Assembly: GCA_965197475.1 (NCBI GenBank)
Contig: CBDANF010000002.1
Span: 1,312,001 to 1,376,000 of the forward strand
Reading direction: 5' to 3'
DNA from: Candidatus Poribacteria bacterium
Lineage (GTDB): Bacteria; Poribacteria; WGA-4E; WGA-3G
Length of the DNA stretch: 64,000 nucleotides
The notes beneath the pieces were generated by a model, which had not been told where the DNA came from, ran no database searches, and worked only from the letters and a program-made list of their open reading frames with translations. Shown here one piece after another: positions 48,583 to 57,261 of the stretch. Within the stretch, counting starts at the first letter, position 1. Every line of letters begins with the position of its first letter. Both the position numbers and the translations under genes were made by a program.

Positions 48583-50062
48583 AGTCATGCGAGAGATGGA
48601 CGACCAACGCGTCGACCTAATCTGCACCGACCCACCCTTCAACAGCGGACGTGACTATAACGCGTTCCTCACTGACTCGCTTGCACAATCCAAAGCGTTC
48701 ACGGATACATGGACATGGGACGACCCAGCAAAAGATTCCCGCGCCGACATTGAAAGACGCGCACGCACCAGCGACACTTACAAGGCACTTAATACCTGCC
48801 TGAAAGGGTATGACCTTGTGCTGCAAAATGCGGTGTCCGGGAACAAAGGGGCAATGCGTGCATACCTTGCGTTTATGGGGCCGCGGCTGGCGGAGATGCA
48901 CCGCATCCTCAAAGACACAGGGAGCATCTACCTACACTGCGACCCGACTGCAAGCCACTACCTCAAAGGTGTGATGGATGCTGTGTTTGAGGTAGAGAAT
49001 TATAGGAACGAGATTGCTTGGGGATATTCCAACAGTGGTCGTCCAAAGCGTTTCTTTGCTAAGAAACACGATACCATTTTACTTTATACGAAAACTGACA
49101 AGGCATTCTGGGGAAATTATAAAATGCCTATTAGTGAAGAATATTTGGCAAGTCATTATCGGCAGATAGATGATCAAGGGCGAAGATGTCGTATTCGTGT
49201 TGATGCAGGTAAAAAGAGATATTACTATCCAGAGGAAGGAATGACTCCTAATGATTGGTGGAAGGATATACCTTCTCTAAATTCTATGGCGAAAGAACGT
49301 CTCGGTTATCCAACTCAAAAACCACTTGCCCTCTATGAACGGATGATCCAAGCCTCCAGCAATGAAGGCGATCTCGTGATGGACCCGTTCGCGGGGTGCG
49401 GTACCACAATAGACGCAGCACACTCGCTCAATCGGTTCTGGATAGGGATTGACCTCACAATCCTGTCGCTTGACCCGATGCGGCGACGTCTCTATGACAG
49501 GCACGGATTGGAACCCTCAAAAAACTACGAAGTCCACGGTTACCCGACAAACATGCAGGAGGTGCACATGCTCGTCCGCGACGAAAGGAAATATCACGAC
49601 TTTTCTAACTGGGCGGTTACACGACTCGGTCTTCAGCCGACAAAATCGGTTGGCGATGGCGGTAAGGATGGCGAGGCAGAGGTCGGGCATATCACGTTGT
49701 GGGACCCTGAGGCGGGAGAGACGACTAACACGCGTATCCTTGCGGAGGTCAAAAGCGGTAAGCCGACAATCTCGCAAGTCCGTGCATTCTGTCGTGTTAT
49801 GGACAAACACGATGCGATCGGGGTATTTATCACGATTGAACCTGTGAGTGCGGGGATGCGTCAGGAGGCGGCGGATATGGGGACGTTTTCACATAACAAT
49901 GAGACGTTTCCGCGCTTGCAGTTCTGGCAGATAGATGATGCGTATTTTGCTAATCCGAGTTCCTTGCGGAGTCTTATTCGTTTGCCGCAACAGTGGCTTG
50001 AGCCGATGCGAAAGATGGAACGGCATTTTTCGGATACGCAGTTGCCGCTGCTGCGTTTGTAG
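48551..50062 (+). CDS. Beta-class N6/N4 DNA methyltransferase fused to a C-terminal Mrr-like restriction endonuclease domain
   Basis: TDPPFNS motif IV; YPTQKP; DPFAGCGTT motif I; C-terminal DGGKDG...AEVKSG nuclease motif. Confidence 0.88.
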   Translation: MNKLYFGDNLEVMREMDDQRVDLICTDPPFNSGRDYNAFLTDSLAQSKAFTDTWTWDDPAKDSRADIERRARTSDTYKALNTCLKGYDLVLQNAVSGNKGAMRAYLAFMGPRLAEMHRILKDTGSIYLHCDPTASHYLKGVMDAVFEVENYRNEIAWGYSNSGRPKRFFAKKHDTILLYTKTDKAFWGNYKMPISEEYLASHYRQIDDQGRRCRIRVDAGKKRYYYPEEGMTPNDWWKDIPSLNSMAKERLGYPTQKPLALYERMIQASSNEGDLVMDPFAGCGTTIDAAHSLNRFWIGIDLTILSLDPMRRRLYDRHGLEPSKNYEVHGYPTNMQEVHMLVRDERKYHDFSNWAVTRLGLQPTKSVGDGGKDGEAEVGHITLWDPEAGETTNTRILAEVKSGKPTISQVRAFCRVMDKHDAIGVFITIEPVSAGMRQEAADMGTFSHNNETFPRLQFWQIDDAYFANPSSLRSLIRLPQQWLEPMRKMERHFSDTQLPLLRL

Positions 50063-50089
50063 GTTGGGTAGAGCTTGCGAAACCCAACA
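50059..50089 (+). repeat. GTAG-type REP overlapping the MTase stop codon
   Basis: GTAGGTTGGGTAGAGCTTGCGAAACCCAACA, same family as 133-281. Confidence 0.75.
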
Positions 50090-50168
50090 TTGTTAGGAAC
50101 GACCTCCAATCAACGCCAAAAGCGCATTCGACGTTGATTTGGCCACTTTGCAAGCAGCCTCTAAGACA

Positions 50169-50663
50169 TCATTCTGATTCAAGGTGTTTCTTGACATTTT
50201 CCTTACCGAATGCCCACACTTCTTCTCCAAATTCCATCAGAGGCGAAGTAAAAAGCGAGTTGTTAATTTCGTCTTTGAAGAAATCGTTGGTATGTGGATT
50301 GAGGAAAGTAAGAAGCAGCGCGATTATAAGTGCACTTGTGGCAATGCCTATTCCTAATCCGAGCAAGCTATTCAACCACCCTAAAATGCCTTTCTCAAAG
50401 ATTTGATGGATCCGTTCAAAAATTGTGTCTGTTACGATAGATGTAATAATTATCAGTGCAATAATGCTGATCCATTTTGCAATTTCTTCATTTACAATAA
50501 TTTTTTGGATGGGAAAAGCGAGGTGCTGCCACAATTGACTTGCGACGATGAGTCCGGCGCCGAGGGCAAAAGCACCCCACACACTTCGAGTGAAACCGGC
50601 TTTGTAACAACTAAATCCGGCTATTCCAACGATGATGAGAATGACAATATCTAATTTCGTCAT
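50169..50663 (-). CDS. CvpA (colicin V production) family membrane protein
   Basis: LDIVILII...GF.R; four TM segments; WLNSLLG..G. Confidence 0.8.
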   Translation of the reverse strand: MTKLDIVILIIVGIAGFSCYKAGFTRSVWGAFALGAGLIVASQLWQHLAFPIQKIIVNEEIAKWISIIALIIITSIVTDTIFERIHQIFEKGILGWLNSLLGLGIGIATSALIIALLLTFLNPHTNDFFKDEINNSLFTSPLMEFGEEVWAFGKENVKKHLESE

Positions 50664-50781
50664 AGCAAGGGAGGTGCATTAAATAAGCACGCGATTTATA
50701 TTTTGCAGGTGTTTTGCAGGTTTGAAATAAAGGGCGTAGAAAGTTAAGAAACGAGATCCTTGGAGTATCTTTTGATCTGGG

Positions 50782-51789
50782 TTAATTTGGTATTACGCTC
50801 TTTTTATAAATTTGCTGCATCGCTGTTTCAATCGGGGTGCCGTTTCCTAAAAGACTAAGGAGTTGTCGGATAGAAAGGAATCCTCCTTCATCAATCAAGG
50901 CACTAACGATCGCTGCTGATTGAAGATATGCAATTTTTCGCTTTGAAGTTGGAAGTTCGGTGAAAGGTTGGTTGAGTTCCAACAACGTTGGCAAAGTTCC
51001 ATGTTTGTCTGCTTGTTGCAGGGCGAGTTTTTCGAAGGACAGCAACGGACGGGCAATCGTTTGCGCAAGTCCCTCGTTGAGCCAAATCGGACAATTCCCG
51101 TGTGTAAGGAGATCAACTAACAGATGTGTCCACTCATGCCGAATAAGGACATATAAAACACCCAGTTCCGGTTCTCCATCAGCACAATAGTTCAGTTGGA
51201 TATGTCCATCGTAGCACCCACTTGCCCATTTCGGTATGTGTGCTTGTGGTGGAGCATCGTGCGTATTTATGATTGAGATAGATATTTGGTGGGGTGGATA
51301 ACTGTCAAGTTGGGCACCAACTTCGTTGTGCGTTCTTTCAGTGAGTTGGCAGATATACCAAAGTGTTTTTGGAGCAACGGCAGGTTCAACGGTCAGTTTA
51401 AAAAACAGACGTTCAATTACATTCTGAGTGCGCGGCAAATTTTCTGATTGAAGTTTTAGCGTGAAGTCCGAGGGAGGCTCTTCCACTAAATTGCTCTCAT
51501 GAATTAGGGTTTGATAGCACTTTTTTTCTTCACTGATACGTGCTTTACGTCTGAGTACTGCAGGTGAATCGGGACATAATTGAAGCGCGATATCCAAGTA
51601 TATCAATGCCTGTTCCCATTTTCCGACCATTTCGTATGCCTTAGCAAGGTCAGCATAAATATGGTAACGACTCTGGTCGTATTTTAAACCCGCTAAGTAG
51701 TGCTGGATGGATTCAACGTAACGAGTTTGTTGAAAACAGACTGCCGCCTGCTGAAAATAGGGTAAAGCGAGCGAAGACGTATCGCGCAC
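50782..51789 (-). CDS. TPR plus peptidase MA-like (gluzincin) protein
   Basis: N-terminal TPRs; IRHEWTH...PIWLNEGLAQ; AYLQS. Confidence 0.8.
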   Translation of the reverse strand: MRDTSSLALPYFQQAAVCFQQTRYVESIQHYLAGLKYDQSRYHIYADLAKAYEMVGKWEQALIYLDIALQLCPDSPAVLRRKARISEEKKCYQTLIHESNLVEEPPSDFTLKLQSENLPRTQNVIERLFFKLTVEPAVAPKTLWYICQLTERTHNEVGAQLDSYPPHQISISIINTHDAPPQAHIPKWASGCYDGHIQLNYCADGEPELGVLYVLIRHEWTHLLVDLLTHGNCPIWLNEGLAQTIARPLLSFEKLALQQADKHGTLPTLLELNQPFTELPTSKRKIAYLQSAAIVSALIDEGGFLSIRQLLSLLGNGTPIETAMQQIYKKSVIPN

Positions 51790-51912
51790 GGGTTCTCATT
51801 TTCTCGGTTAGGTGAGAACAAAAGGGGAGTATGATAGATGCACGAGTCTCTACGTCTAAATAGCATGGACCCGTATTGCAAATTTGAAGTTGCTCCCCTG
51901 TTCCCCCGTAGT

Positions 51913-52554
51913 TTAAGAATTTTTAACGTCAATTATTTGGAAAGTGATATCCCCGCACTTAAACTCTGAACCTTCTTCAATCGGTGCAGAATCCTTTACG
52001 CGAATCCCTCCAACATACGTAGGTGTTGAACTTCCCAAGTCTGTGACAGAGACTTCATCATCTTGCATCTCAAAAGAGAGATTCAGATGTGCAAGGGTTC
52101 GGGTATCATTATTCTTTTCCGCTTCAGGATTTTGCCAGCGTTTCAATTCTTCACCAGTCGGAGGCTTTAGCGATCCTGGAAAAACATCAGTATCTACGTT
52201 CCCCATTGCCTGCGGGCTGTAGGCTGCCTGAGGGTTAAGCGTAGCCATCACATCTTGTGCAGCCTCACTTGCTTCATCTCTGACAGTTTTCATCAGTTTT
52301 TCTCTTACGCGTTCCTTCGACCCTGGACGCGGCATAACGCTTTCTGTTTCCTGAAAACGATAATGTGCGAAATCAACCAGTTCTTTTAACTTGTGAAAGT
52401 GGGTTGATTCTTGAATGTTTTTAAGAAGGCATCTTTGTTTACGGCTGAGTTTTTCATTTTTCAACCAACACGTATAAGCTTCTAAAACCTCTGCTTCTTT
52501 GATATCGGTATCATTATACCGAGCGGACTTCGGAGTCTTTCTCAAAAAACTCAT
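51913..52554 (-). CDS. Putative anti-sigma-like protein with partial FHA domain
   Basis: SD GGAGG; directly downstream of the ECF sigma; C-terminal VTDLGSSTPTYVGG...GSEFKCGD resembles an FHA C-half. Confidence 0.6.
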   Translation of the reverse strand: MSFLRKTPKSARYNDTDIKEAEVLEAYTCWLKNEKLSRKQRCLLKNIQESTHFHKLKELVDFAHYRFQETESVMPRPGSKERVREKLMKTVRDEASEAAQDVMATLNPQAAYSPQAMGNVDTDVFPGSLKPPTGEELKRWQNPEAEKNNDTRTLAHLNLSFEMQDDEVSVTDLGSSTPTYVGGIRVKDSAPIEEGSEFKCGDITFQIIDVKNS

Positions 52555-52591
52555 TAGTTAATCCTCCATGTTTACAAATCAATTAAATCCG

Positions 52592-53209
52592 TTATTGTAT
52601 CCATTGAATACCTTTGTTAACCAGAATTTGCCGCAATTCTTGCGTACATCGGAATATCCAGATTTTGACTGTTCCATCTTTCCGGTTAAGAATACGGGAA
52701 ATTTCTGCAACACTACATCCTTCTAAATGTCTTAGGATCCAGGCGATACGGTGATTCGGTTTAGTGACCTGCTCAAGAGCCGTTTCTAAAATTTCTTGTG
52801 CCTCTTGGGCTATTATGTGTTTGTCAGGTCCCGGTCGTCCATCTTCGTATTCATTCAGAGGGAGGTCATCTTGCTCTTCAAGTGTGAGGAGCGATTCACG
52901 GATCCGATCTCTCCTGCGTATCGCATCAATAATTGTATTGCGAGCTACTATATTTAACCATGCTTGGAAACTACCTTTTTCAGGGTCCCATTTATCTTTG
53001 TCAAGTTTTTGCCAGACTTTAGTAAAAACATCCAGACTAACCTCTTCAGTATCTTGATGGTCTCCGAGCATTCGATAAGCCTTACTATAGACCCAATTAT
53101 AGTGCTTCTCAAATAGCTGGCTAAACGCAGCTTCATCGCCTTGTTTAGCTTGGGTAGCTAGATAGGTATCTTCAGTAGCCGATAGGTCATTTTTCGCTTG
53201 GCGCGCCAT
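52592..53209 (-). CDS. ECF RNA polymerase sigma factor
   Basis: GDEAAFSQLFEKH; DTEEV..DVF; FQAWLNIVARN..ID; LRHLEG.S..EIS.IL....GTVK..I.R; SD AGGAGG. Confidence 0.92.
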   Translation of the reverse strand: MARQAKNDLSATEDTYLATQAKQGDEAAFSQLFEKHYNWVYSKAYRMLGDHQDTEEVSLDVFTKVWQKLDKDKWDPEKGSFQAWLNIVARNTIIDAIRRRDRIRESLLTLEEQDDLPLNEYEDGRPGPDKHIIAQEAQEILETALEQVTKPNHRIAWILRHLEGCSVAEISRILNRKDGTVKIWIFRCTQELRQILVNKGIQWIQ

Positions 53210-53270
53210 AGGCAAAACCTCCTTTGTCCTCTTTTAGCCAAAGGATTTATGAAACCAGTTTCGCTATAAT

Positions 53271-53297
53271 AACGAAACTATCCCGTATTACGTTTCA
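53271..53297 (-). promoter_or_regulatory. Putative ECF-type autoregulatory promoter
   Basis: Minus strand TGAAAC-N17-CGTT about 60 nt upstream of the sigma ATG. Confidence 0.5.
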
Positions 53298-53426
53298 GAT
53301 AATTCTGAAATCTTCCTATAGGAAAAGTAAATTAGCACATTAGAGGATATCAATGCAAAATGATGTAATATTTTTAAAGTATATCATACAACGAAAATTA
53401 CATCAATAATGTTTACCGGATTTTGT

Positions 53427-53455
53427 TTGACACATATAGGCTGAATAGGTAAAAT
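53427..53455 (+). promoter_or_regulatory. sigma70 promoter
   Basis: TTGACA-N17-TAAAAT. Confidence 0.55.
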
Positions 53456-53486
53456 GTGATCGATTGTTGTGGTAAATTTTTGTATA

Positions 53487-53576
53487 ATACCAAATTAACT
53501 TGATCTTACTCGGTAGGCGCGCTTGTAAGCGTGCCTAATACCCAGAAAAATAAGATAAATCCGGTTAATTTGATAT
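53487..53576. mobile_element. 90-bp MITE with ATACCAAATTAAC / GTTAATTTGATAT IR enclosing a GTAGGCGCGCTT...AAGCGTGCCT palindrome
   Basis: 12/13 IR match; relatives at 12918 and a solo end at 50781-50793. Confidence 0.7.
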
Positions 53577-53590
53577 AAGGAGTAAATCAG

Positions 53591-54358
53591 ATGATTAGAC
53601 CAGGAACTTTATCTACCATCTTGTGCGTTATCCTCATCTTTTCAGCGAGAGGAGATTTTCTTCCAGAGGAAAACATTGACGCGTTTGGACTAAAATATGG
53701 AGAATCAATTGCAGGCATACCACCGAGTAAACCCAAAATTGATGGTAAACTTGACGATTGGCGGTACGCTGTCTGGGTCGCCTTCGACTCAGAAAAGGAA
53801 CTATATCGTGGTAAAGGAGCATGGCAAGGGAAAGATGACCTTACGATGACATGGTCAACGATGTATGATGCAAAGAATTTTTATTTTGCAGCAGCAGTAC
53901 GCGATGATGCCTTTACTCCAGCGGCGAATCCTGCTGATGCGTGGAAAGGCGATACGATTTTCTTGTATATTGATTGGGAAAAAGTGGGAGCCGGATCGCC
54001 TTCAGGTAAGCCCAACTTTGCACTTATCAATAATAAAACCCATATTATTGACTACAGTGCTGAGAAAAATGAAGATCTACCTAACTCCGATATTGCTATT
54101 GTTCCAACACCTGAATTGGGAAAGGGCGGCATGATTTACGAAGTCGCCATGCCGTTTGAGTGGCTCACAAAAATGAAAATAGAGCGAGGAGCCGTAGTCG
54201 GGTTTACGCCCGGATATGAGGAAGGTACTGACGATCTTGAAAAGAAAGGAGGCATGGTGTTCATGTGTTGGGACGGAACGTTTGAGGGTCCGCTTGATGT
54301 CAATTCAACGAGCAAGTTAGCAATCACATGGGGACAATTGAAAAGATTTGTGCAATAA
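53591..54358 (+). CDS. Exported CBM9-like/DOMON sugar-binding protein with TWG tail
   Basis: Signal peptide; PKIDGKLDDW; YFAAAVRDD; YEVAMPF; ends DVNSTSKLAITWGQLK. Confidence 0.75.
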   Translation: MIRPGTLSTILCVILIFSARGDFLPEENIDAFGLKYGESIAGIPPSKPKIDGKLDDWRYAVWVAFDSEKELYRGKGAWQGKDDLTMTWSTMYDAKNFYFAAAVRDDAFTPAANPADAWKGDTIFLYIDWEKVGAGSPSGKPNFALINNKTHIIDYSAEKNEDLPNSDIAIVPTPELGKGGMIYEVAMPFEWLTKMKIERGAVVGFTPGYEEGTDDLEKKGGMVFMCWDGTFEGPLDVNSTSKLAITWGQLKRFVQ

Positions 54359-54374
54359 AACAATGTATTCTTTT

Positions 54375-54497
54375 CAGGACTTACGCAATGTGTTTAAAAG
54401 TCCCACTGATAAGGGGGATTTAGGGGGTTAAAAGCACCAAATTCTGCCTATTTAACCCCCCTAACCTCCCTTATCAAGGGGGAATGCGTCCGTCCTG
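54375..54497. mobile_element. Second 123-bp MITE copy
   Basis: Near-identical to 45766-45888; flanked by a CTTTT direct repeat. Confidence 0.9.
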
Positions 54498-54677
54498 CTT
54501 TTAACCATCCACGTAGATTTCGCAATGCATAAACAGGAATTCGGACACACCATCACTGTAAAAAATTCGTTTGACATTTTTTATAAATTAGTAGTAAACT
54601 ATTTATGTGGTAGGTACCCTCAGTGGATTCTTGTAAACAGTATTTGGCACACTCTGTATGTTGCTACCTTTTACATA

Positions 54678-55574
54678 ATGTCTGAAAAAACGCGGAAGCA
54701 AGAAGAACTTTTTATACAACTGCTTGAAAAAGCCGATAGTTTGTTAACCCGGTTGCAAATGCCTGTGGTTCAACCACCAAGTAAGGTGCTTGACGATTAC
54801 ATAGCCTTTCGGTGGCGACAACAAAATGGAACCGGACAGATTGTGCCAGTTAAACATCCACATCTTGTTGATACTACAGATTTAATTGGAATAGACGTAC
54901 AGTGTGAAGTGTTGGATAGAAACACTCGGCAGTTTTTGCGTAGCGCGCCAGCAAACCACGCGCTTTTGTGGGGAGACCGTGGAACCGGAAAATCTTCTCT
55001 GGTTAAAGCGATGTTGAAAAGGTATGCTGACGATGGTCTTCGGTTAATCGGTATCGGTAAAGAGGGACTTGTCCATTTACAAGAGATTGCGGAATTGTTG
55101 TGGGAACGCCCCGAACGTTATCTTCTTTTTTGTGATGACCTCGCTTTTAGCGAAAACGAACCTGAATATCGTGAATTGAAGGCAGTGCTGGAAGGTGGGA
55201 TTTCCGAATGCCCAGACAATATTCTTATCTACGCAACCTCTAATCGTCGGCACCTGATGCCTCGACAGGTAGGTGAGAACCGTTACCCACAGAACGAAGA
55301 AGATGAACTCTGTCCACGTGAGGCAACAGAAGAAAAAGTATCACTAAGCGACCGTTTTGGGTTACGACTCGCTTTCTACCGTATTTCACAGAACACCTAT
55401 TTGGAAATCGTTTCCCATTACGCTCAAAAATTGGGACTTACTATACCGGCCGAGGAATTACATCGTGCAGCGTTGGAGTGGGAAGCATCATCCAGCGGAC
55501 GTTCCGGCCGAGTTGCCTATCAGTTCATCATACACCTTGCCGGACAATTAGCACTGACTGATACAACATTGTAG
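54678..55574 (+). CDS. DUF815 family AAA+ ATP-binding protein
   Basis: AFRW; NTRQF; LLWGDRGTGKSSLVKA; FCDDL; YATSNRRHL; EEKVSLSDRFG. Confidence 0.9.
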   Translation: MSEKTRKQEELFIQLLEKADSLLTRLQMPVVQPPSKVLDDYIAFRWRQQNGTGQIVPVKHPHLVDTTDLIGIDVQCEVLDRNTRQFLRSAPANHALLWGDRGTGKSSLVKAMLKRYADDGLRLIGIGKEGLVHLQEIAELLWERPERYLLFCDDLAFSENEPEYRELKAVLEGGISECPDNILIYATSNRRHLMPRQVGENRYPQNEEDELCPREATEEKVSLSDRFGLRLAFYRISQNTYLEIVSHYAQKLGLTIPAEELHRAALEWEASSSGRSGRVAYQFIIHLAGQLALTDTTL

Positions 55575-55624
55575 AATCCTCACACGCAGGTTCACTATAT
55601 TCTATAAAACAGGAACGTAAGTTC

Positions 55625-56401
55625 ATGGGCGACCTACAGACACAGCAATACCTCTTCGACGTGCAAGGCTACTTAGTCATTGAAGAAGTCTTGGATTCTG
55701 AAGAGGTCGCTGAACTCAATCAACGAATTGACGAGCAAGAACTCCCTACACCGGGAAAGGTTCAAAGATTCGGGAGTGCACCGGACGGTGCTGGCTTTTT
55801 ACAGTGGGGAAAATTGTTTTGTAATTTATTGGATCATCCGAAGATAATGGAGGTTCTTCGCTTCCGATTAGGCGACTGTTTTCGCCTTGACCGAATTTAC
55901 GGCATGTATATGCATGAGGGGATGCCGAGGGGCGGGCTCCATGCTGACTACGGTGCCTCATCACCGACCTCAAAAGCAAAGCATGGAGAATATTACGCAT
56001 TTCGAGATAACGAAATCCCTAACGGATTTGTTGTGGTAACATGGAATTTGGCAGATACCGGTCCAGAACTTGGCGGTTTTTGCTGTATTCCCGGTAGCCA
56101 TAAGAGCAATTATAAACTACCACATGAGATAGCCTCCGCACCTGAAAATGCACCTTGTGTTACTATTCCAAACGCACCTGCAGGCTCAGCGATTCTCTTT
56201 TCCGAAGCACTAACACACGGCACCGCTGCCTGGAACGGAAAACATGAACGGAGGTCGCTTTTGTATAAATATTGTGTGTCACACATGGCGTGGACATCTC
56301 GACGTGTAGCACAACCGGAGGATATAGAATTAACAGAACGTCAAAAGATTCTCTTCCGTGAACCTGCAGATCCGTATCGGCATTTTCCATCGTTGTTTTG
56401 A
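55625..56401 (+). CDS. Phytanoyl-CoA dioxygenase (PhyH) family protein
   Basis: YLFDVQGYLV; GGFCCIPGSHKSN; FSEALTHG; RRSLLYKY. Confidence 0.9.
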   Translation: MGDLQTQQYLFDVQGYLVIEEVLDSEEVAELNQRIDEQELPTPGKVQRFGSAPDGAGFLQWGKLFCNLLDHPKIMEVLRFRLGDCFRLDRIYGMYMHEGMPRGGLHADYGASSPTSKAKHGEYYAFRDNEIPNGFVVVTWNLADTGPELGGFCCIPGSHKSNYKLPHEIASAPENAPCVTIPNAPAGSAILFSEALTHGTAAWNGKHERRSLLYKYCVSHMAWTSRRVAQPEDIELTERQKILFREPADPYRHFPSLF

Positions 56402-56531
56402 AGTTGAGACTTGAGCAAGCAACGGTTTTATCAATCTAACATCTGTGTTTATCGTGAATATGAAAATAATATTAAAATTACACCTACGGTGAAATCAAAT
56501 TTTGATTTATCCATTACCGTAGACATAAAAA

Positions 56532-57187
56532 ATGAAAATGAAGGTTTTTATGAACAAGCGAATCATGGTCTGTGTAACACTTATACTGTTGTTAGGCAGC
56601 ATAATTCTGATACAAACAACAAATGCTGTCCCTAAAAAGGGAACTTTGCGCGTTAGTGGCGATAACACTTGGGTCGCTTACGTAAACGGAGAAAAGGTAG
56701 CAGAAGGCGGTGACTGGACTCAACCCACTGCCAGCGAGTTCACACTGGACGATGGCTTTGCGGTCATAGCGGTCTATGTACATGATGCGGAAGCAGGAGC
56801 CGCGGGCAAAGGTGGATTTCTCGCCGATATCATCCTTGACGATAAGCCAAACTACATCGGGACAGGCGAAGATGGCTGGCGATGTGATTCTGGCATCCTT
56901 CTTGCTGATCGGAAAGATGGTTGGGAAAAAGTTAATTTTGACGATAGCGATTGGGAAACAGAACTCCAGATTTATGAAAAATTCGGGGATCCGGTAGCTA
57001 TTTGGAATGATGGTGTCAATGCGATGAAAGCGATTCTCAAAGATCCTGATTGTACAGCAAATTGGGTTTGGTGCGGTCCATACGATGTAGAAGATGATAT
57101 CTACTTCCGTTATACTATCGGTCAACTCCCGTTGAACCTAACGGAAAAATCACAACTACGTGGGGTGCTTTAAAGGCTGCACGGTAA
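56532..57187 (+). CDS. Exported lectin/galactose-binding-like protein; TWG tail out of frame near 57122
   Basis: Signal peptide; DN...YVNG; WEKVNFDDSDW; the frame-0 ORF ends at 57173, and another frame reads TPVEPNGKITTTWGALKAAR* to 57187. Confidence 0.75.
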
Positions 57188-57192
57188 AATTA

Positions 57193-57231
57193 TGTATTTA
57201 GGGAACGGTTTTGTGCCGTTCCCTAAATACA
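57193..57231. terminator. Bidirectional terminator hairpin
   Basis: TGTATTTAGGGAACGG-N7-CCGTTCCCTAAATACA between convergent genes. Confidence 0.75.
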
Positions 57232-57261
57232 ATACTTCAACAACGCCTGTTTTCCCATCTG

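Noticed and set aside
54525-54677. N-terminal extension of the DUF815 ORF, or a riboswitch in this region
   Set aside because: The extension overlaps promoter-like AT-rich DNA, ATG 54678 is more plausible, and I recognised no riboswitch consensus.
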